Shown: positions 37,529 through 50,704, counted from the first letter of the whole stretch. The stretch is DNA of 63,426 nt, filler included, from Octopus bimaculoides (GCF_001194135.2; 5 parts of 5 records of this genome joined end to end with filler, not necessarily neighbours in it), one strand, 5' to 3'. Made by a program: numbers and translations. Notes: generated by a model not told the origin, from the sequence alone.

Positions 37529-37989
37529 CAAAATTTTCCGGGTTTAACAAATACCAGCTTATTTTATAAAACACGAAACAGAATAGACGTGATGTATAAT
37601 AATAGAGACCTAATGTCATTGCATTTCTTCTTATCTTGAAAACAAGCCAGCAAATAAAGAAAAAGAGAGAGAGAAAAGAGAAATAAAACAATGACAAGAG
37701 AACCAGACGAGGAGGAGAAGAAGGAAAGGAATGACAATATAAAAGCAGAAAGACTGTATTTTAACTCTGTTTTCTTGAAATTTCTTGAACTGAAGAACTG
37801 ATTTCCCTGGAGAGAAATCCATAGGTGACCTGTCATGGAACTTTAAGAATCTCTCCATGGCTACAACAGTCACGAAAGATTTCTTGAATGACAACAAAGC
37901 TTGCTTGCTACGTTGACACAATCTCGGTTTATTTTCTGAAAATCTACAGAGAAAACTGAAGATAGTTCTTGTGTAGGTTGTCGTTTCTA

Positions 37990-38680
37990 TGACCAACCCA
38001 TCTTGATTATATGATATATATTTCTCGTTTAAAGTGATTTAAGTTAAAACTTTCCGTCAAAATTTCATATTAATTTATGTTCCAAACACCACCTTAATAA
38101 TGACTGCTTAAAATTTTTTTTTTTACTGAATTCTTCATTATTTTAAGAATTACTTGAAATGAAGACAGTGTATTTCAAATGATACGTGGTAATATTAGGG
38201 TTAAAATGATTGCAAAACCACCCATCAGAATTTCGTGTTAATTTATGTTCCAAACATGAGCTTAATAATGACAACGTTATTTTACGAAAACACTGCATTA
38301 TTTTCAAAATTTATTGAAACAAAGGTAGTGTCTTTATGCTGAAATATGGTAACGAAAATGATAAAGTGATGTGAAAATTTTTCATCAAAGTTCCATGTTA
38401 ATATATGTTCTAAAAACCACCTTAATAAGTACAGTATTTTGGTTTTTACTAAAATCTTCATTATTTTGAAAATTAATTGAAACAAAGGTAGTGTATTTCA
38501 ACACATATATGGTAACAAAAGAGTTAAAGTGATCGAAGAACCTTTCATCAAAAGTTCTTGTTAACTTTTGTTTCAAAAACCATCTCAATGCCGACAGGTA
38601 TTTTTACTAGATTCTTCATTATTTTGAAAATTAATCGGAACAAAATTAATTGGAACAAAGGTAAGAAAGTGGGTTAACCC
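37990..38680 (+). repeat. About 160-168-bp tandem array (4 diverged units), possibly MITE-derived
   Basis: The anchor ttaat(t/a)tatgtt..aaa.acc recurs at about 38070, 38238, 38398 and 38560. Units share cttcattatttt…gaaacaaaggtagtgtatttcaa…tggtaa…gttaa. Confidence 0.85.
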
Positions 38681-39169
38681 ATATTCGGCTATGACCGAGC
38701 ACACCTATGATCAAGAATGTTCCAGCCATGACCATTCTGTCATTCTCTTGGGCATTGTGTATCTTGGAATACATTAGCTAATATGTCTCAACCTCTTCAG
38801 GATACTTCTCCCCAGCTAATTACAATTTTTCATATAAAGCTGATATCTAGGTTTCAGATGGTAGTTACTGTGCTGATTTGCTTGATTAAGACTTACTCAG
38901 ATCCTAGGCTTTTCAGGCGTGACCATCCTGTATTTCACTCAAACATTATGAATACTGGATTTACAGGTTTTGTTCTATAAGCATGATCTTCAATTTGGTA
39001 TCTATATGATTAGTGCTTGTCTGATATCAAGCTCTTTAAATATATTCATTAAGATCTTTTCTAAATGTTTCTATGCGATGACCATTCATGCTGTAGGAAT
39101 GAGCGAAGCCGTCGTCCCTATAGAATCATATGCAAGAAAACTACATTTGCGTGGGTTTCTATAATGCAA

Positions 39170-39600
39170 GCATTAAATAGTTCGCAAACTTTTACGTCAT
39201 CTTCAATAAAAACAATGTTAAAGTTATCTACAGCTGTTTATATAATGCTCGTATCTCAAATATTCAATCACAATTCAAAATATAAGAAAACAACCCCAGA
39301 AACATCCTGCACCTATCACCGGAATAACATTTTAGGAATACCACAGGCCGTCTACTTAGCGTCAAGTGCAACACGAAATAGTTTATCTGTAGAGCAAAGA
39401 TAACAACTGCAAATGATGCCGTTCGGAAGTATACTGCACTTTACGGAAAATACATTTGAAACCAGCTTCTTAATTACCAAAAGAATCTATCCGATTTCTC
39501 TTTCCCAATATACCAGGAATGTGAATGAATTACTAACGTCCTGTTACGCTTGAGCAACCAAATATTTAATTGGATCAAAGAAAGAGATACAACCCTTGCT
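39170..39600 (+). mobile_element. Second Naiad-like Penelope linker plus GIY-YIG remnant
   Basis: YVIFNKNNVKVIYSCLYN…IFNHN and KCNTK*FICRAKITT…KYTAL/TENTFETSF match the FNxxTxKxSYSCMxN…HN and VIYxAxV…YIGLTExxFKxR motifs. Confidence 0.6.
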
Positions 39601-39849
39601 TCTCAACATGAGAAGTATCACCTTTATAGCTGAATCTTTTAATATGTCAAACAGGAAATGGTGCTCCAGCATGGCTGTAGAAAAGAATCTAAAGAATCAT
39701 ACACACGCGCACGCGCATATGTGTGTGTGTGTGTGTGTGTATGTGTGTGAGTGGATACACACACACACATACGTATATATGTGTATGTACGCATGTATGC
39801 TTGTATGTACATATATATATATATATGTATACACAGACATACATAATAC

Positions 39850-39885
<36 letters not shown>

Positions 39886-41339
39886 ATATATATATATATA
39901 TATATATATACTATTTTACTCGTTTCAGCCATGCAGCCGTGGTCATGCCGGAGCACCACCATATATAAATATATATATATATTTATATATATATTGGACG
40001 TTTTCTTTAAAACTGAATTCTTCTTTCTTTGTGAACTCTTAGCTAAAGTTTGCTCAAATATTGTTGTCATATGTATGAAATATTTTACTATCTATCTATC
40101 TATCTGTCTGTCTGTCTGTCTGTCTGCCCAATTATCTATCCATCTATANNNNNNNNNNNNNNNNNNNNNNNNNNNNNNNNNNNNNNNNNNNNTTAATTAA
40201 TTAANNNNNNNNNNNNNNNNNNNNNNNNNNNNNNNNNNNNNNNNNNNNTTTATTTATATATATATATAGAGAGAGATATATATATATATATATAAAGGGC
40301 TCAACAAAATCAAATCAAATTTTACATTGTAATACTGTCAGACTCCATGAGTGTCAACATGTATTTTGGGGGGATTAAAAAATTTCAACATGGCTATGGA
40401 TTTCTCCTACCTGGGTTTGTTTTTGTCTTTCTGTCCCTTTACCTTTTAGCCGTACGCACCGATAGGTTACTACGTACCTTGTTTCCTCTGTGTTTTTGCA
40501 CAGTCTGACTTGCCTTCTTTCTTTCATTTCCTCTAATGTTTCTTTAGTATTTGCTCTGATATTCTGGTTGCAAAGGACCCAGTTTCGCAGTTACTTGGGT
40601 GTACTTTTGCTGTCACTGTTACTTTCAGTTGATGTTGCTTTCGCCACTGATGGTGCTGACAGCCGTAGTAGAAGTGGCTGTCGTGGTGAAGGTGAAAGTG
40701 GTGGAAATAGTGGTGGTGATAATAGTTTTTGATTCTGTAGGAATTAGTTTGCATATTAAATAGTGTGATGATGAGATTCTGTTGCTACTACTACTACCGT
40801 CAGCCGCTGAAGTGAGAAGCTCGTTGCTTGCTATTGATGTAGTGATGGCTGACTGCTTTCACTGAACAAGTTGTGTCTCTTTCGACATCTTATTTTGTCA
40901 TGTTGTTGTTGCCCGATATGTTGCTTTTCTGATTTTTTGTTGTTTTTTTTTTTCAGCACACTGTCGCTGCTTTTATCATCTTCAACGGACATAAGATTGA
41001 AAAGTAATTTACATTAAGGGGGTCACCATGCATCTTCTTCACAAATTTCTTGTTAGCTGGCTTTCAAGTTTGCTGCCATGTGTAATGCTTGAAAAATCGA
41101 AACAGTAAAGATCTAATTGTTTTAATTCTTCAAATATTTCCACCTTTATATTTTCTTACTCATGATTTTTTTCTTTAGATTTGAATCTCCTGCATTCATT
41201 TATATTTCAGTTAAGTGGTTCGCTTTTTATTAGAATTCTGTTGGTGTTTTATGGTATGGTTCGTTATGTAAAGCTATTTACTTTTATTTTACACGTGTTT
41301 GGTCCATCTTTATGGTTTACAGACTGTTTTCTTTATAAT

Positions 41340-41460
41340 TTTTCATGATTTGCATTTCTTTTATTTATTCTTGCTTTTAGGTGGGCTAATTCAACATCTG
41401 ATTTATTTCTGGGATTTAGATATATCTTCCTAAATTAGTGTGTTGAGTTCCCAACATTGT
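41340..41460 (-). mobile_element. Possible R4/Dong N-terminal remnant
   Basis: KSDVELAHLKARINKE resembles NLSEIEIEHLKGKIHQE in the element at 60714-61172. Confidence 0.25.
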
Positions 41461-41594
41461 GATTTTCTTTCCAAATTTTATCTGCGAATATCGTTGTTTT
41501 ATCTATGAGCAGAATGTGAATGTAAAACAAGCCTGCCAGGCATGCGTTTTATTTGCAAAATTTAAAGAGTATGAGCATTATCTTGCCTGCCGAG

Positions 41595-42320
41595 GACACG
41601 AGACTTCTTTGGAGGTGGTGAGTTGTCGTGCTTCAATTGCTCCGATTGGACTTAAGTCTCAGGAGGATAGGGATAGACCCATATTTCATCCTGTGTGATA
41701 AGTCTGCCGAAAAAGTCTTCCTCATTTTCTTGGCACATTGCCTGGAGCAATTCACTCGTTCCTTCTTTTGAAAAGATGTGAGCATCCGGGGTATCCATCG
41801 GGCAGACAATGTCCGCATGTGCAAATGGTCGTGAATGATTTTTTTCACGGACTCTACACTTATTTTCACTTCCTGGGTTAGTTGCCGAATAGTTATGCGG
41901 CGATTCTCCAAAATGGCGGCTTTCACTTTATGGATGCTGTCGTCATCAATGGCGGAATGTGGTCGTCTACGAACGGGAGCAGTTTCCACCGATGTCCGAC
42001 CACATTTGAACTGGCGAGGTCAGTGCTTGACTACGTCGTGTGATGGTGATCGTAACTATAAACTTCTTTCATCTCATCGAAAGTCTCTTTTGGTGTACAG
42101 CCTTTCAAATATAAGAACCTGATCACCGATGTGCTTTCAACTGCCTCCATTATAACACCTTAGTTCACTTCAGCAGCCGTAAAAGACAAATGAATACTGG
42201 TGAAAAGCTGAAATTTACAATGTAACATGTAGAGACATGTATGATTATACCTGTACAATTTCCGCTTCCTGCAATAACCAGAAGAGGGCCAGGGAAAATC
42301 TTTAATGAACTCCTCTCGTA
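41595..42320 (-). mobile_element. Mariner (irritans/Himar1-like) transposon, 5' half, pseudogene
   Basis: ENRRITIRQL…IIHDHLHMRTLSARWIPRMLT, a mariner HTH plus WVPHEL-like motif. TIR end …ctcctctcgta followed by TA at 42320. Confidence 0.9.
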
Positions 42321-42984
42321 TATACACACTTTTTAAACTTGAGCTAAATGATGTTGTTTTTATTAGTTGTCTCTTTCAGTATTTGAGATAAAGAGAGCTC
42401 TGATAAATTTTTTTCTTTTTTTTTTTTGAATTAGTACCAGATCACCGACAAGTATGATTATATGTAATACATTATGTGGAGTAACTTCGATAATTCTACA
42501 AATATTATACAGCTTCCTTTCAATGTTTTTGTCTCATTTTCGCCGATTTCTTTCATTGTCTTTAATTGTGGTTACTATTCAGTAGTTTTAGGGCATTCAA
42601 GCAACATTTTCTCAACTAATCGACTGACAAATGTTGCAATGCCAAATAAATACCTAAAGGAATTTGTTCCGGCTAATTATTCTCTGTTCAAATTCACTAC
42701 CTTCTTTGTCATCTTTGTGAGTAGAGTCGATAAAATAAAGTACTGCTTAAGTACCGAAGTTAATGTTATCAACTAATCCTCTTTCCTAAATTTCTAGTTT
42801 TTTTGTTTTTTGCCTGTGCTGAAAACATTTTTTTTTCTTACTTTCACTTCATCTTTATTGCATTCAATAATATTTACAATTAAAAAATGGCAATATTTAA
42901 AGGAAACAAAAAAGAAACAGAAATAAAAAAAAAAGTAACAAAAAAATTAAACAATGAAAGAAAAGGGGGAAGGGACAGTCTCTA

Positions 42985-43175
42985 TGCCCCAGTCTGAGCA
43001 AACAAAATGGTGAAGGTATTGCCACGAAGAATGACCAACAACATCCGCTGCAACAGCCAAAAGGCTCCTTTCTTAAGCGGGCCGCTGTCTTTCCAATTTT
43101 GTAGACGAAATCGGCAGTGTGGAGACCGAAGACACCACTGGCCTCGACGATGATTGACACGAAAAGGAAACGGCT
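42985..43175 (-). mobile_element. CRE-like LINE 3' end
   Basis: FLFVSIIVEASGVFG…DFVYKIGK, then by frameshift AFWLLQRMLLVILRGNTFTIL*, matching the FxPxxxExxGxW…LxQRxSxAxxRGNAxxI terminus of CRE-clade elements. Confidence 0.75.
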
Positions 43176-43179
43176 TATG

Positions 43180-43217
43180 ATTATTATTACTATTATTATT
43201 ATTATTATTATTATTAT

Positions 43218-43281
<64 letters not shown>
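43180..43281. repeat. (ATT)n-(AGT)n compound microsatellite
   Basis: Direct observation. Confidence 0.95.
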
Positions 43282-43282
<1 letters not shown>

Positions 43283-43804
43283 TAACCACGAAATTTAAAC
43301 TCGAGGGAAGACTAACTTGAAAAACGGTTTGTGTTTACATTCAAACCAATAGTTAATGTGAATGTATTGCAAATACGGCCATATTGTATGTGCATTTAAT
43401 ATCAAACTCCAAATTCAGGCTCACAGTTTGTTAATATATTACATATGCAATAATACAATACATGTAATGTTACAGTATAAAGGCCACGGGACTGGCTTAT
43501 ATGGAACAAGAATTAGCTAAAGGCAGACAAAATAACAATGGAAATGATAGAAGAGCGAAATATCTCCTCACATCAACAGGTCTCACAGTTGGATTTTGAG
43601 AATATGCAAAATATTGTGGCCTAAATAAAACTCTTACAGAAATCTGAAAAACCCTCTGAGTCCAGACCTTATTTTGAAACGTGTTAAATTTAATTTACCC
43701 GTTGAGAATGCATTAAAAGAATGTATGATCTTAGTAGGATTGGTTTTAAGATTAAGGTTATAAAATGAAGTCATGGCAAGCTTGGAACAAAATTTTAGTG
43801 ATTT

Positions 43805-43846
<42 letters not shown>

Positions 43847-44882
43847 TTGGCAGATATACCAATAGTCTTTTAGAAATGTCCAAAATACCTGTCATATAAT
43901 GTAGAGGCTTTGTATGCCTTAACATTAATGATTATGAAATTCTCAGGGATGATGATTTATCTGTCAATAGTGTAGTATTTAAGAGGTCACCGAATTTTAA
44001 AATAAATATTTCTAATCTACTATTGTTAATTCATTATTACAAAATTTTATATTTCATATTTTAAAAAATTGCAATTATGAAATATGCAGTTCACCATAAC
44101 TTTATGCGAACATAAATTCGTGTTTATTGGAAGAGGAATCAAAGATGCATGTTAATAATTCTACGATTTTTATTTAACCAAATAGTATAATTTTCAGAAT
44201 CCGAGACTATGGTTGAAAATTGGTAAAATAGTGAGATGTAGCACAGAGCGAGAACAGCAGGAGCGCTGTTAAATTGATGTTGTGGATATTAGAGGAGATT
44301 CACAGGTAACAATGCCTTCTTGCAGTACCCAAATCCTCTTTGATTATGTAATCCAGTATTTGAGTATAACGCAAAACACGATACTACACGTGTAACATAA
44401 AATATTACCATAAAATTGGAAGGATAAAAAAATTAATATCTAAAATATATTTGTTGAGCAATTTTGTTAAAATGATGTGGAAAACGGTCTAAAACTAAAA
44501 TCCTAATAATTATATATATTTTAAAACTAAACACTATAATTGCATATTAAATTTATGATTATGCTATCTTTTATTGAGCATTTGTATAGACGGAATTGGG
44601 AAAAATTATACTTCCCTTTTTCTTATTTTCTAAATAAATAACAGAAAATTTCCCGGTCACTTAAAATCAAATCTGAAGGGAAATTATTTCAAAATACTCA
44701 ATCCTACTAGAAATATTTCAGTCCATCATATTCACTGTGACCGTGTTGCAAATATTAATATAATTTCTGCAGTGTAAATAGCGAAAATAGCTGTGGTGTA
44801 TAATTTAAAATTTTAGCATTGTAAAATATTTGCTATTAAATTGTTGGTAGTGTTTTATCTAGTCTTTTCTTGTTGGTTTCTC

Positions 44883-44952
<70 letters not shown>

Positions 44953-44956
44953 GATT

Positions 44957-44987
<31 letters not shown>

Positions 44988-45549
44988 ATTACTGTGAATT
45001 TTTGTAAAGCATTTCCGTGTTGTAATTGCTGTTCATCGCGGTCAACACAACAATCAAAATAATTAACAATGACAGTTTTAAACACGTATTTCCAGTTTTA
45101 ATAATAATAGTCACAGGCTTTTGCATTTATTCTCTTTCTTAATTAAAGAGAATGCACCAGTCAACGTCTGCACTTAGAAGATCGGTGGGTTTAGCAGATA
45201 ACTTGAATCCATAGATTCATAGATAAGCTAATAATTAAAGTGAAAGCTGTATACATCCAGCTGTACCATAACGTAATTATATTCCATTTAAATCACAAAA
45301 AATTTCAAAAAGAAAACATAAAATATAAAGTCTCATTAACGATTCTTTGATAATAACTAGAATTAGATTGGCCTAATATGAAGATGATACACTAAGACTG
45401 AAATAGTTTTAAAATTCTAAAATTGTAACAAGTGTATACTTATATATAATACACGCAAATCTAAGCAAACATATATACTTGCTCTGTAAACCTCTTAATA
45501 CACGAGTGTACACACAGACGCACACACACACACACAAACGAACAAATGT

Positions 45550-45600
<51 letters not shown>

Positions 45601-45849
45601 AACTCCAAACACATGGCTATGATGCTCTCCGACTCCTGCTTTTAACGAGAGTTGCATATATTATCAGCCATTAAGGGACAGACTGAACAGGTTACGGTAA
45701 AGCAATTGCCAAGCAAATTTACTTTTATTAATCACAATACTTGCTGTAGCTCATCTTTTATACCAAGACAAAACAATGTACATGATAAAACTTCGAATCA
45801 ATTAAGATCAGAAGCCATGAGAGCCACTGCCTGGTACTGCATCAGGGCA

Positions 45850-48115
45850 ATTATTATTATTATTATTTTATTGTCTTTGCACAGCTTTTAACGCTGGAGA
45901 TGTACTACGGTGTCAGCTGCTCACTACCAGTGAACTGAGGTAATACCTCTTATTTTTCGACCACCATCTTGAGTATTTGAGCGATTCCAAGCAGTGATGT
46001 TTTCTGCAAGTGCTCCACCATTATTGTAGCCCCTATTTGTTCTATGTACAGGGCTCCGACAATTATTGGTACTACCACCGCCATTTTCAGCGACCACAAC
46101 TGCTTAACCTCCCAAGCTAACCTGTCATATCTATCGACTATTCTTCCTTCTTTATCGCATACATTGTTGTCAGCTGGGCATTCTATATCTATGATCCAGC
46201 ATAGTTTGCTTTCTTTCTCAATTTAGACTATTTCTGGTTTCCTATTCTCTATCACATAGTCGTACTGGATCATAAAATTCCATAGAATCTTTGCATTATC
46301 GTTTTCGATGATGCCTTCGGGTTTATGTTCGTACCACGTTTTTGCTCTGTCAAGTCCATACTTGTTGCAAAGTGTCCAATGCACAACCCTTACTATATTG
46401 TCATGACGTCTCTTATATTTACTCTGGGCTAGTGGCATACATTGACTGGTGATATGCCATACGAATTCACCATTTTATCCACAAATTCTACACTTGTCAC
46501 TTTCTGATGTGTTGTCTATTCCGTATTTGATCTAATTGGTTCTTAATTCTTACTCTTGTACTGCACAGATTAGAGCCTCCATTTCCGGTTGTAAATTACT
46601 TTTAGTCATCCACAGCCATCTTTTCTCTCTGTCTGTCTTATCTTCAACATCCCTATGAAATTGTCCATGCATTCTTTTCTATACCCATTTATTTCAGTTT
46701 CAATCGTTTTCAATTGCTTGTACACTGCTTTATCTTTGCAATCTTTCATCTTACTCAAGCCTGACCTTTATCTACCTATTTTCAGTTTCATTCATTTTCA
46801 AGTGCTTGTACAGAGCATTATATTTGCAATAGTCCATCCTACACAAGCCTGACCTTGTTATTTCCATTTTTACATATCATGCTATGTTGTTTTCTTCTGG
46901 TCTCATGCTCTAATATGTTCGCATCCAATCAGTCCTCTTCCCGCTCTTTTTCTTGGTACATACTGTCTGTCTGTGTCCCATTTTGGGTGGAGTATCCCAT
47001 ATTTAGTCAGCAACTTCCTTATCTTTCTGTCTAAGCTGTTCAGTTCGTCTACTGTCCATGCGATTCTCTCTGCTCCATATCTAAGGAGTGAAACCGCCCT
47101 TGTGTTGATAGCTTCAATCTTATTCCGTCCCTTTAATTTCGACTTATGGATCACTCTCAGTTTGCGCAAGTACTCCACCTTAAATTTTTATGTCATTCTT
47201 TCTCCATCAATTTAGCCAAGTACTTATAGCTAGTCTCTTCTATCTACTTCATATCCTCCCCCGACGGTATCGTTAGCCCATCCATACATTTGATTTTGCC
47301 TCTCTTCAACGCTAACACTCCACACTTTCTCCGAACTCCATTCTGATATCAGCACTGAAGGTATACACCGTATCAACGAGGGAGCTGACTTGGGCTTCAT
47401 CTTTACCATAAAGCTTGATGGTTATCCATCAAAAACAAGTGGTTGACATTTTGTTGGCGGCTTTTGAATACATACCCGGCTTTGTTTTCCTCAGAATCAG
47501 TGTTAGTGTTATCATGCACAGAACAAAGATTAGTGGGAACAGGCAGTCCTCTTGGAAGATGCCTCTTCTGATGTCTATTGTCACTAAACTTCTTCCATAT
47601 GCTGTCAGTTCCGTCTTCAACTTCGCCACACTTTTTCCAAGCAATCGCTGAACATTCGATGCAATACCAAATAGGCTCATACATTCCATAATCCAAGAAT
47701 GTGAGATCATACCCTACACCTTATGATAGTCGATCCATAACATGGCTAAGTTAGTTTTCCTCCTCTTGTAGTCTCTAAGTACAGTTTTATCTACCAGGAT
47801 TTGAAACTTGGTACCTCTGCACTTACGCTTGCAACCCTCCTTCTCATATGGTAGGGTTCCATTTTTTTCCAGATGTCCGTACATTGACTCGACCATTCCA
47901 GTCAATAATTTCCATATAAGTTGCAAACAGGATATCGGCCTGTAATTGTCTACCGTATTGCCTGTTTCGATATTTTTCAAGCAGAGCACTATCTTGTCCA
48001 TTGTCAACAACTCTGGTGTTACTTGGTTGGCGTTTAACAAGGTCTTGAGTTGTGCAGCGATTCGTGCATGACATTCAGGAAATGCTCTGATCCAGTAGCC
48101 TTGAACTACATCTGA
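45850..48115 (-). mobile_element. R4/Dong-like non-LTR retrotransposon, 5'-truncated (RT plus zinc knuckle plus RLE), pseudogene
   Basis: DVVQGYW, NYRPISCL, LWIDYHK, RRGIFQED.LFPL, NHLFLMD, YVPRKRAGRGL, YKRRHDN…VHW, ENRKPEIV…IIDIECP, VVPIIVGAL. Ends in a (TAA)n tail at about 45850. Confidence 0.92.
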
Positions 48116-48129
48116 TATGCTCGCGTCTT

Positions 48130-48404
48130 TTTCTCTGGATGTTTACTATATATTTTAACCCACCCAGGATTACACCTAAGGACTTATGCTTTTGTTTCTA
48201 CAACATCGGAAAGTTGAACTAGCAACTTTTATGCTTCTTTTCTCTTCTCTCTTCATCTCTTTATTCCTTTACTCTATTCCCCTATGTCGTCATCTCATTA
48301 ATGTATACCAGTCTCATTTCCCCTATTTTTTTCCTTATTCGTCTCTGATGACGGTATATTCCATACTCGGTGATAACCCAGAAACACTTGTAAGAATTTG
48401 AATA
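48130..48404 (+). mobile_element. Penelope-like 3' end (pyrimidine-rich tail ending in a hammerhead)
   Basis: A TPKDL remnant like the terminal TLxPxGLN, a C/T-rich tract at about 48230-48335, then the HHR. Confidence 0.45.
48336..48404 (+). ncRNA. Type I hammerhead ribozyme motif
   Basis: TATTC g TCT-CTGATGA-C-GGTAT…ATaACC-CA-GAAA-CACTTG-TA-AGA attt GAATA. Stem III is ACA-CT-TGT, triplet GUA. Confidence 0.65.
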
Positions 48405-48764
48405 TATTTCCAATAATAATAATGTGTACGATTTGAGATTTTTGCCTTGCCTTGACGCTTGTTGTCCTCTTTAACAATTATATATATCCGCTATATCGGA
48501 AATCTGCAATGGCTCCATAACTACTGTNNNNNNNNNNNNNNNNNNNNNNNNNNNNNNNNNNNNNNNNNNNNNNNNNNNNNNNNNNNNNNNNNNNNNNNNN
48601 NNNNNNNNNNNNNNNNNNNNNNNNNNNNNNNNNNNNNNNNNNNNNNNNNNNNNNNNNNNNNNNNNNNNNNNNNNNNNNNNNNNNNNNNNNNNNNNNNNNN
48701 NNNATATATATATATATATATATATAATATTAAAACGTAAAATTAAAACAAAACACAAAGGATT

Positions 48765-48867
48765 CCGCGGTACACGTGTTTCAAGCTTTATACACAAACA
48801 GTCGTTGCATCATTATATGCGTATATAATTGATATACCGGATGGTTTAAAGCTATCTTCAGTCGCAA
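48765..48867 (-). ncRNA. Type I hammerhead ribozyme motif with long stem-loop II
   Basis: TTGCGA-CTGAAGA-T-AGCTTTA [56 nt] TAAAGCT-T-GAAA-CACGTG-TA-CCGCGG. Stem III palindrome ACACGTGT, triplet GUA. First stem I pair is mismatched. Confidence 0.7.
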
Positions 48868-48869
48868 AT

Positions 48870-50400
48870 ATATTCCGTCCCAAGATTACATCACAAAGAA
48901 GAAATCACAAAGAAAAAAGAAAAAGAGAGAGAAACAGGAGAGAGAAAACGGGAAAGTTCACTTGGTATTATCCATAGTAATATGCTTATCCATTAAATTG
49001 TTATATTTACAAAAAAGTTCATCGGTATTCAGAAATCTGTCCATATTGTGCCACAATTCAGGGTAGAGTGAATGATAAATAAATATAACTAGCGTATATG
49101 AGATAGAAGGAGAGGATCAAAAAAGAAAGAAGTTGGAGTTTAAAACAATATAAAATACGAAAAAAACAACACAAAAGAGATAAAATACACCAATAATAAT
49201 ACAAAAAAAAATAATAGAAGTCAAATCGGGGGTAATATAAGAAAAAATACGGATAATAAAGTAAGATGCATATAAAAGATTTAGTAGGGTTGAAATAAGG
49301 TAATAAAGGAAATAAAGCAAATGGGATAAAGAAATAGAAGAAATAAAGAAAATGAAATAACAGAAGTAAAGAGAAAGAGGAATAAGAAAAACCTAAAAAT
49401 AAAAAAAGAGATAAAGAGAAATAAAGAGAGATAAAGAGATTAAGAGATCTAAAGGGATGAATTCCTAAATGACAGACATACATGATGCTGTCTTGGTCAG
49501 GAATAGTGGGGTGTCATAAATAATGTTTTAGCTAGCGTAAGGGTGAAATATGATATCGTTGTGATGAGTGGTCAGTTTAGCCAAAGTCCACCACTACAAC
49601 TTAATAAGTATAAGAGCTTATCTATTATAATGGTACATACACTTATTTAGACGATAAATAAATAAATAATGGAAGTGGTAAATAGTAATTAGAAAATATA
49701 AAAGCTAAACAAAGAAAAATTCGAAAATGTAAAAAAGATTAAAAAAGATAAAGAGGAAAACTAGGGTTGAAGTTGAAAATTCAAAATACAGAGTATTGGG
49801 AACAATTATAATAGTAGTAATATAATAGTAATGTTGTATTACATAATGTAATAGTAATAAAAAAATAACAACACTAATAACAATAATATTAATAATATAG
49901 TGGTTTGAAAAGGTACATCGATTAGAAAAATATTGTGATCGGGGAAGTTTCAGTTTATCTATTTGTGTAACTACTACTATAATCGTGTTTTAATCGTTTG
50001 GCTATTGGTATGGGAAGTTAAAGGATTCTGGGTTTGTATCTCCTAATTAATACTAGTATAATATTATTATAAAAACTTTGGAGTGCTGAGTGTTATTTGA
50101 TGTTACCTTTGTGTATTGTAGTGTAAAATTGTTTAGTAATTTTCCTGTAAAAGTAGGATTATGGATCTCGGGTTATTAAATATGTGTGTATATTATGGGG
50201 TCAGAATCTAGCAATGTGAGTGTAAGGTGAATAATTAAAGTAAATAGTTAAGTCGGGGATAGAGTACGGGCTTCGCTTATTCAATGCCTGAATGGTGGCA
50301 GGATGGATCTGACGAGAGAGTTACCAATGAGAGATTTTGAAGTGATTATAACTTAAAAGTGGAGGCTTAGGGATTATAGTACTTAAAGGTTTTAATCAGT
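48870..50400 (-). mobile_element. Penelope-like element 3' portion (linker/EN remnant plus pyrimidine-rich tail) leading into the HHR at 48765-48867
   Basis: IIPKPPLLSY…SLQNL resembles the PLE PPLLSYRxxxNLxxLLV linker and HPFRSLN resembles the terminal HPxGLN. The minus strand is C/T-rich at about 49058-49480. Confidence 0.5.
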
Positions 50401-50671
50401 TTATGTATACATTATATATATANNNNNNNNNNNNNNNNNNNNNNNNNNNNNNNNNNNNNNNNNNNNNNNNNNNNNNNNNNNNNNNNNNNNNNNNNNNNNN
50501 NNNNNNNNNNNNNNNNNNNNNNNNNNNNNNNNNNNNNNNNNNNNNNNNNNNNNNNNNNNNNNNNNNNNNNNNNNNNNNNNNNNNNNNNNNNNNNNNNNNN
50601 NNNNNNNNNNNNNNNNNNNNNNNNATATATATATATATATATATATGCATATATATTACATATATATATAC

Positions 50672-50704
<33 letters not shown>

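Noticed and set aside
37990-38680. CRISPR-like array
   Set aside because: Whole roughly 165-bp units are homologous, with no unique spacers, in a eukaryotic context.
44199-44305. TTTTCAG…CACAG|GTAACA exon-like interval in unique sequence
   Set aside because: Stops occur in all three frames and no homology is recognised. It could only be a UTR or lncRNA exon, which is untestable here.
44855-45085. 76-aa poly-Asn ORF
   Set aside because: Mostly an (AAT)n/(AAC)n microsatellite, and the non-repetitive part has no recognisable motif.
49058-49483. Hydrophobic F/L/Y-rich ORFs resembling membrane or mitochondrial proteins (NUMT)
   Set aside because: They are translations of a pyrimidine-rich low-complexity PLE tail, with no mitochondrial gene motifs.
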